From Kiritimatiellia bacterium (GTDB taxonomy: Bacteria > Verrucomicrobiota > Kiritimatiellia > CAIVKH01), in contig JBMTVS010000001.1 of assembly GCA_049451655.1 (NCBI GenBank), forward strand, positions 1-35,539: DNA of 35,539 nucleotides. Direction: 5' to 3'. Each line of letters opens with the position of its first letter. The first letter of the stretch is position 1. Of the stretch, positions 27,612 to 34,591 are shown one piece after another. The position numbers and the translations under genes are program-made. The notes under the pieces are model-generated. The model was not told the DNA's origin, did not search any database, and saw only the letters and a program-made list of their open reading frames with translations.

Positions 27612-28253
27612 ATGGCCATCATCGGACAGAGCTTGCGCTTGGCGCGCGAGAAAAAGGGGATCGACCTCTCCAGGGCGGCGGCGCAGACCCATATTCTGCT
27701 CAAGCATCTGGAGATGATGGAGCGTGATGATTTCTCCCGCATGCCGGCACCCATGTATGCCAAGGGATTCATCCGGATTTACGCCGAATTTCTCGGGGTC
27801 GACCCGGCCCCCTTAATTCAGGAGTACATCGAAGTTCATCTTGGCGAATCCCCCGAACGGCCACCAGCGACACCCGTGACCAAGCATGATGCGCGCGACA
27901 TTTTGCTGTCCGATTCAGAGCAGGAAGAGCCGGCTCGTAAAAAAGAAAAACGTAAACACAAACCCTTCAAGAATCCGCTCAAGCAGGCCTGGGGCGCCCT
28001 ATCCGGCGCGCTCAAACCGCTGTTCGGCCGTATTCGCGAAAGCCTGCAAAATCTTTTGCCTTATCTGCCCGGCATGGTTCTTCTTGCCCTGTTGGCCTTG
28101 ATCGTGGTGCTGATTGGGCGTTGCGCAGCAGGTCGATCTGGCGCAAAAGACGAGGCCGCCGGGAGCGCGACCTTACAATCCGGGGCCTTGATGCAAGAGC
28201 CTCCGGTCCGTTATCTTGATATTCCTGTCGTCGAAGAGGAGAACCAACCTTGA
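27612..28253 (+). CDS. RodZ-like helix-turn-helix membrane protein (short form lacking the periplasmic domain)
   Basis: N-terminal HTH IGQSLRLAREKKGIDLSRAAAQTHILLKHLEMMERDDFSRMPAPMYAKGFIRIYAEFLGVD matches the RodZ/HTH_25 pattern. It has a basic linker, one TM helix (MVLLALLALIVVLIG) and only ~45 aa beyond it. Confidence 0.65.
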   Translation: MAIIGQSLRLAREKKGIDLSRAAAQTHILLKHLEMMERDDFSRMPAPMYAKGFIRIYAEFLGVDPAPLIQEYIEVHLGESPERPPATPVTKHDARDILLSDSEQEEPARKKEKRKHKPFKNPLKQAWGALSGALKPLFGRIRESLQNLLPYLPGMVLLALLALIVVLIGRCAAGRSGAKDEAAGSATLQSGALMQEPPVRYLDIPVVEEENQP

Positions 28254-28897
28254 ATCTGCCCAATATTTTGACCGTGAGCCGGCTCGGCATGGCCGCGATT
28301 ATCATGGCCCTGCTGTCGCTACCCATCCCGTTTGGAAAAACCCTGGCGTTACTTGTTTTTGCAATTGCGGGTCTCACGGACTACTACGACGGGTACCTCG
28401 CTCGAAAAAATGGCATGATCACCGCTTTCGGGCAATTGATGGATCCACTCACCGACAAGGTGATGGTATGTGCGTTATTCGTAGGTTTTGTCGAAATATC
28501 CATGGCACATGGCGGGACTTTTCTCCACAAAGGTGCCTGGGTGGGCGGGGTCAAGATCGTTCCTTTGGTGCCGGCTTGGATTGTGGTGATCATCGTGGCC
28601 CGCGAGTTTCTCGTGACTGGACTGCGCTTGCTCGCCGTCAATCGCGGCGTGGTGATTTCCGCCGGCAAGTGGGGTAAGCACAAGACCGTCTGGCAGATCG
28701 TCGCGATCGTTATTTTACTGATCGGCTTGTCGTTCCGCTACGACTTGGCACCCTTGTTTGGCAGCGAAGTGAGGAAGAACTTTGACTTTATCTTTCCTTA
28801 TGCTGCCCACGCCATCTCGCTGGCAGTGGCCATCGTAACGGTAGCTTCGGGCTATCTCTACTTTGCCCAGCACCGTGAAGTCATCACCCGCATGTAG
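28250..28897 (+). CDS. pgsA: CDP-diacylglycerol--glycerol-3-phosphate 3-phosphatidyltransferase
   Basis: MNLPNILTVSRL N-terminus and the CDP-alcohol phosphatidyltransferase motif DYYDGYLARKNGMITAFGQLMDPLTDK. TTG start overlaps the rodZ-like stop. Confidence 0.85.
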   Translation: MNLPNILTVSRLGMAAIIMALLSLPIPFGKTLALLVFAIAGLTDYYDGYLARKNGMITAFGQLMDPLTDKVMVCALFVGFVEISMAHGGTFLHKGAWVGGVKIVPLVPAWIVVIIVAREFLVTGLRLLAVNRGVVISAGKWGKHKTVWQIVAIVILLIGLSFRYDLAPLFGSEVRKNFDFIFPYAAHAISLAVAIVTVASGYLYFAQHREVITRM

Positions 28898-28912
28898 CGT
28901 CGGAGCCGGAAC

Positions 28913-29422
28913 ATGAGTCAGGACTGGGTTATCAAAGGCCGGGCGCATGCGTGCGCCATCAGCGGGCAGCCATTCGTGGACGGTGCTACCATTTATTCGT
29001 GTTTACGGCGGGGCACCGAGGAATTCGAAAGAATCGATATCTGTGAAGATCAATGGTCAAACTTACCGAAAGAGGATTTGATCAGTTTCTGGAAGTCTAT
29101 CTATCAGGCTCCGCCGCCGCCTGCCGAGGAACCCCTGAAGAAGGAAACGGTGGAGACCCTCCTGCGGCAATACATGTCCAAAGAGGACTTCTCGCGACTT
29201 AACGTCATCTATATTCTTGCTGTGATGCTTGAGCGCAAACGCATTCTCATTGAGCGCGACGTACAGCGACGGGAAGATGGCGGCAAGCTGCGTATTTACG
29301 AACACCGCCAAACCGGCGAGATGTTCACCATTCCCGACCCCGAACTACGACTCGATCAGATCGCCGAAGTTCAGGAAGAGGTCAATCAGTTGCTGGGAAT
29401 TCCTTCGCCACCCAAGCCATAA
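28913..29422 (+). CDS. Hypothetical protein (169 aa), family not recognised
   Basis: GGAG Shine-Dalgarno 7 nt upstream of the ATG. Coding-like composition. N-terminal Cys/His-containing segment (HACAISGQPF...YSCL...DICED), Pro-rich linker (QAPPPPAEEP), helical C-terminal half. Confidence 0.6.
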   Translation: MSQDWVIKGRAHACAISGQPFVDGATIYSCLRRGTEEFERIDICEDQWSNLPKEDLISFWKSIYQAPPPPAEEPLKKETVETLLRQYMSKEDFSRLNVIYILAVMLERKRILIERDVQRREDGGKLRIYEHRQTGEMFTIPDPELRLDQIAEVQEEVNQLLGIPSPPKP

Positions 29423-29620
29423 TCATTGCGGCAGCATTAGAACGGTGGGCGTATCTCGCCATCATTTGAGGGCATTAGCGGAATGGTTACAGCGGTTTTC
29501 GGACCACGAAAAAACCGTCCTGCGCTTGCTCTTTTTTGTTGCGCGCAGGCGGCGGCCTGAACATTAAAATATCGTCAGCGGCAGGCCATGCGTGGCCAAG
29601 CCTGATGATGGAGAAAAAAC

Positions 29621-30073
29621 ATGATGTTTTATAATCAAGACGACGAAGAAGAAGGCTACGGCGGCGACGAAATGTATCAAGAATGCGAGGTCTGTCACCA
29701 GGAGTACCGGGGATTCTGCCCGATAAACTCCGCGGACTGTCCTTATGATGAAGACGAGGACGACGACTTTGGTTTTGACGATGACGATGAGGAAATCGAG
29801 GGGTTGCTCGGCGACGACGAGGAAATCGAAAAGATCATCGACAGCGATGACGAGATCCCGGTTGAGGACTTGATGGATGGGGCGGAACCCTCCGGCGAAG
29901 AGGAAGAGGAAGAAGGGCCCAGCAAGACCATTGAGGAAATTGAAGCTGAGGAGGCGGAGGCCGCTGCGGCAGCCAGGAAGAAAAAAAAGTCCGCTGGAAA
30001 AAAGGACGACACATCCGGGAAAGCGTCAAAGCAACCCGCCAAGAGTAAGTCGACTGCAAAAACGAAGAAGTAG
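29621..30073 (+). CDS. Charge-segregated small protein: N-terminal Cys4 knuckle, poly-acidic core, Lys/Ala/Ser-rich histone-H1-like tail
   Basis: GGAGA Shine-Dalgarno 6 nt upstream. CEVCHQEYRGFCPINSADC gives C-x2-C-x8-C-x6-C. About 90 aa are dominated by D/E. The tail is ARKKKKSAGKKDDTSGKASKQPAKSKSTAKTKK. Confidence 0.6.
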   Translation: MMFYNQDDEEEGYGGDEMYQECEVCHQEYRGFCPINSADCPYDEDEDDDFGFDDDDEEIEGLLGDDEEIEKIIDSDDEIPVEDLMDGAEPSGEEEEEEGPSKTIEEIEAEEAEAAAAARKKKKSAGKKDDTSGKASKQPAKSKSTAKTKK

Positions 30074-30089
30074 CCGCCTCAGCGGTGAA

Positions 30090-30869
30090 TTAACCGACTA
30101 CCAACGGCAGCATGAACATAAATGCCGCACCCGGCCCGGTATCGGGCTGATAGAATATGCGACCGCCGAGATGGCGAATCGTTCTGTAGGTCTGGCTGAG
30201 ACCCAAGCCGCGCCCCTCGCCTCGCACCGTGGTGACAAAAGGCTCGAACAAGTTCTCGCGGACATGCTCATCCACCCCCGGCCCGGTATCACGGACCTCA
30301 AGACGAAGGTAGTCGCCGGGAATCAGGCCCATTCGGGCGAACGCATCGTCTTTGTCGACCTTACACGGTTCAACCAACGTAACCAGCGTACCGCCTGTCT
30401 GCTTCATGGCCTCGTAGGCGTTCACGCACAAATTTCGAATCGCGAAATACAAGGCATCCTCGGGACCTTCAATCACACATGGCGATGAGCTGGTTTTTAA
30501 GTCAACGGTGATGGGCTTTTCGGTCGGATACTGTTCGTATACCTCTGCCAGCACCAACTGGCTCAAGGCGACCAGATTGACCCGGGTCGGGGTTCCTTCG
30601 TTGCCATGGCAAAGTTGGATCAGGTTATTGTTCACTTCCACCAACCGGTCGGCGGCGATTTCCATATTCGAAAGTAATCCCACGGCCGAAGAATCCTCAG
30701 GTAATCGCCCCAAAATCAAACGGGGATACTCACGTAACGGCATCAGGATATTCGACATCGCGTGGGTCAGCCCCATGAGCACCTGATTAATCGCCGCAAA
30801 CGAGCTGTCTTCCAGCGAGGGACAATCCACAAGGCGATAGTTATCAGGAAGTATTTCTTGGTCTGACAT
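30090..30869 (-). CDS. Soluble histidine kinase (DHp + HATPase_c only, no sensor or TM domain)
   Basis: H-box-like LTHAMSNILMPL, N-box AIRNLCVNAYEAM, G1 RDTGPGV, F-box FEPFVTT, G2 GRGLGLS. Start taken at the ATG at 30869. The ORF track's TTG at 30905 is the alternative. Confidence 0.75.
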   Translation of the reverse strand: MSDQEILPDNYRLVDCPSLEDSSFAAINQVLMGLTHAMSNILMPLREYPRLILGRLPEDSSAVGLLSNMEIAADRLVEVNNNLIQLCHGNEGTPTRVNLVALSQLVLAEVYEQYPTEKPITVDLKTSSSPCVIEGPEDALYFAIRNLCVNAYEAMKQTGGTLVTLVEPCKVDKDDAFARMGLIPGDYLRLEVRDTGPGVDEHVRENLFEPFVTTVRGEGRGLGLSQTYRTIRHLGGRIFYQPDTGPGAAFMFMLPLVVG

Positions 30870-30921
30870 GTGCGCAACTATCCGCGCGCCAACCGTTACT
30901 GTCAAACCTCGAAGTGCTGAA

Positions 30922-31896
30922 TTATCCGCCGCCCAGCCACCAGCCGGTTACCTCGACCTGATTACTTACAGCGGAAGGCCCCACGATTTTCTCGTAGGCG
31001 TTGGTGCGGTAATCGAAGGTGCCGGAAGCACCATTCAAATCGATTTCGCCATCCGCCATCATGGTGCCCCAGATGTTAAAGGTGGAAGAGCCGTTAGCCC
31101 GGATGTCGCCGGTGACATAAAGAATGCCGTTGATGTTGCGGGTGCCGGAACCACGGAACTCTACATCACCGTGAACAATGGTAAAGGTATTGCTGTTGGG
31201 GGCTTCGTTTCGTTTGTAAACGATGTCGCCATAATGTTCGATTAAAAGGCCCTGATCCACGGCCGCATCCCGCAAGATCTGGAATTCGGGGCTGTCCAGG
31301 GTGGGGAAAGGCTTCAATTCCCAGGTGATGACCTGACCCGATGGTAGATTCTCCTCGATATCGGACTGATTTAAAGCGGAAATCGCCCCGTCGATACTTC
31401 CCCAACTTCCATTCACAACAAAATTGTTGTTGGCGTGAAGCGTTGCACTTTCGTTGATGGTCGGTGTGCCGGACAAGACGATTGTTCCGTCGGTGAACAT
31501 ACTGAACTCTGACCAATTCGGAAGGTTTGACCGAACAGCATCCCGCAACCCAACACCGATCGTAGCGCTGCTATCTTCGTAAACACCCACGACGGACAAG
31601 GTGCAGCGATTGCTATTATTATTCACGCTGATCGTATAAGTCCCGCCCCCGAAATTTGCTTCTTCACCGTCCATGGTCAGTCGCTCGTCGAAATCAGCGA
31701 TCAATCGCTGAATAGCCTGATTCGCACCCGCCTCGGCAATGGCCCGGGCGCGAATGGCATCGGTCATGGTTTCGGATTGCCGGAGCATGTTGGCCGAAAA
31801 GGCATAGAACCCCCCGGTGGTAAGCGAGACGATGAAGATGATGATCATCACGGTCACCAGGGCCGACCCGGATTGTTGGATGTTGGATGCTCTCAT
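30922..31896 (-). CDS. PilX/GspK-like minor pseudopilin (PilX_N-type N-terminus without Glu+5)
   Basis: QQSGSALVTVMIIIFIVSLTTGGFYAFSANMLRQSETMTDAIRARAIAEAGANQAIQRL matches the PilX N-terminal domain pattern. The C-terminal part is Gly/Asn/Thr-rich and beta-helix-like (GDVEFRGSGTRNINGILYVTGDIRANGSSTFNIWG). Confidence 0.6.
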   Translation of the reverse strand: MRASNIQQSGSALVTVMIIIFIVSLTTGGFYAFSANMLRQSETMTDAIRARAIAEAGANQAIQRLIADFDERLTMDGEEANFGGGTYTISVNNNSNRCTLSVVGVYEDSSATIGVGLRDAVRSNLPNWSEFSMFTDGTIVLSGTPTINESATLHANNNFVVNGSWGSIDGAISALNQSDIEENLPSGQVITWELKPFPTLDSPEFQILRDAAVDQGLLIEHYGDIVYKRNEAPNSNTFTIVHGDVEFRGSGTRNINGILYVTGDIRANGSSTFNIWGTMMADGEIDLNGASGTFDYRTNAYEKIVGPSAVSNQVEVTGWWLGGG

Positions 31897-31911
31897 GATG
31901 CTGCTCCTTAC

Positions 31912-34002
31912 TTAATTACGCGGAATAATTTCCGTAAACGCCGAAGCGGTGATGCGCTTGGGGCTGCCAATGCCCATCGCCACATCCTTGTAGACCGTCA
32001 AATCAATGGTGACGCCTTTCATGAGCGGAGCGTCATTAACCAGAACCTCGTAGACGCCCTGGGATGGTCCCGTCTGAAATTTTCCGGTTATCGGGGCAAA
32101 GCGCTCAGCGCCCTCCCACGCCATGATGATGTCGTGCAACTCGGGCGTTGCCGTCTCTTTATTACCTGCATTTACGCCCACACCCAAAGTTGCCTTGACC
32201 TGAAAATAGCGCCCGTCGATTAGTGGAGTGCTGTTATTCATCACATCCACCCAAACAATACCGTTCAGATTATTACTGGAGCCGGCCCTGGCCTGAACTT
32301 GCAAGGTTGGGCTGGGCGTAGTAAATCCTGTGGGTATCGTTCGCGTCCATTTGATCGACGAATAGTCCGGAGAAAGTCCCGTGTCGATAACCGGCGACAC
32401 ATAGACACCTTGCGGTGCATGGCCCGCGCGGACGTGCTTAAGCGCGTAAACCGCGTTTGTTCTCACCCAGCTACTTCCGTCGTAGACATACATATCCCGG
32501 GCGGATGTGATTTCATCATTGGTCCATGCACGGACAGACAGATTCGTCGTGTCTTCAATTTCAAATCCAATGATGTATGTATTGGTGCGCTCAATTAAAT
32601 AGCCCAGCGGCTCGCTGATCTTGGTGCCGGTAAACCAACCCGTGTCATCATCCCACCCGTCAAAACGAAAGTCGCGCTTGGTGCCGGAAATATATTCATA
32701 GGGATTGGCGCCTGGATCAGCAGAGAGTCTGCTCATGGCGATGTATGCATTTTTAATCTGGGCCTGTTTATTACTGGCAGCCTCAAATGTTGCCCAGACA
32801 TTCGTACCGGTAAACCTGATCCAGCCCCCGTCAAAATTATTGGTTAAATCGTCTCCCCGCAATATGACACGAACATCGGTCTCGGTGAGCATGCTGATAT
32901 AGGCGGGTGAATCAACATGGCGGGTTTGTTCTTCCGCCTGCCAGATGAGACCATTTCCCTCAAGTTCCAAACCGAAAGTGCTGGCGGTATAGTCGTCAAC
33001 GAGGATGCGCTCCAAGCGTTCAAGCGAGTCCGCGGTTCCGTTGAAATTTCTTTCCTCCCAGCTGTCATTCTGGAAATTCAGGGTAAACGTCTGCGCGGCG
33101 GCATTGGCTGGAAAATTCAGCCGCGAATTTCCACTCCAGGTTTCGTTACTTCCCATATTTTGAGCCGCCGGCGTGGCTCCGGAACTGGATTCAATCGCCA
33201 TCCACTCCGCTTCGAGACGGTTTCCAGACGGGGTCAAATTGAACCAGTCGGCCGCCAGTTGATAGCGCCCAATGTCGCCACCAGCGGAGGTGAATGTGAT
33301 GGTGTTGGTGCCGGTGAGTATGCGGGCGGAACCCAGATAGATTTCTTCGATGCTTTCCGATGCCGCGCCAAAGTCGACCGTGTTCGTGGTGATGTTAATT
33401 TGCCAGTCGACCAGGTTGGAGATGAGGGTGCGGGTGGCGCTGGTGTCGCCGTTGGACGCGGATGCCCCGTCGCCATCCTCGGAAACATCGGCGAGCTGCT
33501 GCTGGCGGGTGGTGTCGTTATCGACCCATGATGAGAATTCCGTGCGACGCACCTCGAACTGGTCGTTGGTCCAGAAGTGATAGACCACGGTGGTATCCCA
33601 CTCGATCTCGCCATCGGCATTGATGGCGTCTGCGCCACCTGAAATCACCGGAAAGCTGATTGCGGTATAGGGCGGGTTGTCGGGAGGGTGCAGTAGAATG
33701 CGTTCGCGCGAGGTTTGCCAGAGGTCGTGCCGCAAGCGGTCGAGCAGGATGCGGGCGTCCATATCCAGTTCATTCTGATTGGTGATCAGGCGGTCTGCGC
33801 GCAGCATGTAGGCGAATCCTGAAACCGCCGCGCTGGTTACAATGCCCAGCAGAGCGGTGGCGGCTAACATCTCGATCAGGCTAAATCCTCCAACCATCTT
33901 TTTCTTTGCATTTCGTGGCTCACCGAAATGCTTGCGGGAACGTAAATTTCCGTCGTGCCCTCGCGCAAATCGACCTCGCCCGCTGCTCAATAACCCGGTC
34001 AT
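31912..34002 (-). CDS. Giant (696-aa) prepilin-type protein, GspJ/PilW-like N-terminal module with large C-terminal extension
   Basis: Prepilin cleavage/methylation motif GGFSLIEMLAATALLGIVTSAAVSGFAY. A following segment (LDMDARILLDRLRHDLWQTS...TTVVYHFW...EVRR) resembles GspJ/PilW. A further ~500 aa of beta-rich sequence includes a CBM-like stretch (RLEAEWMAIESSSG...TFTLNFQNDSW). The ATG at 34002 overlaps the upstream gene's stop (ATGA). ATG at 33897 is an alternative that gives a very short leader. Confidence 0.65.
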   Translation of the reverse strand: MTGLLSSGRGRFARGHDGNLRSRKHFGEPRNAKKKMVGGFSLIEMLAATALLGIVTSAAVSGFAYMLRADRLITNQNELDMDARILLDRLRHDLWQTSRERILLHPPDNPPYTAISFPVISGGADAINADGEIEWDTTVVYHFWTNDQFEVRRTEFSSWVDNDTTRQQQLADVSEDGDGASASNGDTSATRTLISNLVDWQINITTNTVDFGAASESIEEIYLGSARILTGTNTITFTSAGGDIGRYQLAADWFNLTPSGNRLEAEWMAIESSSGATPAAQNMGSNETWSGNSRLNFPANAAAQTFTLNFQNDSWEERNFNGTADSLERLERILVDDYTASTFGLELEGNGLIWQAEEQTRHVDSPAYISMLTETDVRVILRGDDLTNNFDGGWIRFTGTNVWATFEAASNKQAQIKNAYIAMSRLSADPGANPYEYISGTKRDFRFDGWDDDTGWFTGTKISEPLGYLIERTNTYIIGFEIEDTTNLSVRAWTNDEITSARDMYVYDGSSWVRTNAVYALKHVRAGHAPQGVYVSPVIDTGLSPDYSSIKWTRTIPTGFTTPSPTLQVQARAGSSNNLNGIVWVDVMNNSTPLIDGRYFQVKATLGVGVNAGNKETATPELHDIIMAWEGAERFAPITGKFQTGPSQGVYEVLVNDAPLMKGVTIDLTVYKDVAMGIGSPKRITASAFTEIIPRN

Positions 34003-34421
34003 GGTTCGATCTCCCTTAACAGTGTCGAAACCGTGGTCGTCGAGAATCCGGCTTGCCGCGGCAAGGGCACACCTACCATCACGTCAATTTTGGCCACGCT
34101 CGCTATGCTGTTCCAATTCGTCTCCAGCACCGTGGTCCTGCGAAAACGCAACGTGCCAGCCCCCGTGCCCAATTCATCCACTTGCGTTTCGGATTCAACC
34201 AAGCTGCCAACCTGGGATAACGGGAGGTTTTTGGCTCGCTCGATTTGGTTATTCGCAATCAAGGTCCCCACGTAGTTGTCGTGAGCATACTTGCGCATCT
34301 GCATCGACATACTGATCGCTGAATATCCCCCGGCCAAACCGATGGCGAGTAACGTCATGGCAACCACGACTTCGACCAGCGTCATGCCAGAGCAGGCTGA
34401 ATTTGTGTTGAATCGCTTCAT
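33999..34421 (-). CDS. Small prepilin-type minor pseudopilin (GspI/PilV-like, 140 aa)
   Basis: MKRFNTNSACSGMTLVEVVVAMTLLAIGLAGG is a basic leader plus G|MTLVE methylation motif plus hydrophobic helix. I start it at the ATG at 34421. The upstream part of the 235-aa ORF (to 34706) has no coding logic and overlaps larE. Confidence 0.7.
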   Translation of the reverse strand: MKRFNTNSACSGMTLVEVVVAMTLLAIGLAGGYSAISMSMQMRKYAHDNYVGTLIANNQIERAKNLPLSQVGSLVESETQVDELGTGAGTLRFRRTTVLETNWNSIASVAKIDVMVGVPLPRQAGFSTTTVSTLLREIEP

Positions 34422-34512
34422 CTGTATGTTTGAGCAGCAGAAAGCATGCCTTGTCTTCAAAGTGCCGAAGTTCAACATAAATAAATACCAAAACAGCTCA
34501 ATTCCCGCAATC

Positions 34513-34541
34513 ACGCGAAAATGTTTCGCAAAAACGCGAAA
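34513..34541. promoter_or_regulatory. Operator-like repeat cluster ACGCGAAA-atg-TTTCGC-aaaa-ACGCGAAA
   Basis: GCGAAA (34515-20), its inverted copy TTTCGC (34524-29) and GCGAAA (34536-41). The two ACGCGAAA direct copies are 21 bp apart (two helical turns). The cluster lies in the 170-bp divergent region between the pseudopilin operon and larE. Confidence 0.35.
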
Positions 34542-34576
34542 CGCTATGCCTTCCCTCTGGTTGATTCGCCATTTCA

Positions 34577-34585
34577 TGCTATAGT
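34577..34585 (+). promoter_or_regulatory. Extended -10-like element TGCTATAGT 6 nt upstream of the larE ATG
   Basis: ttcaTGCTATAGTcccgcgATG with the ATG at 34592. No Shine-Dalgarno in between. Confidence 0.4.
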
Positions 34586-34591
34586 CCCGCG

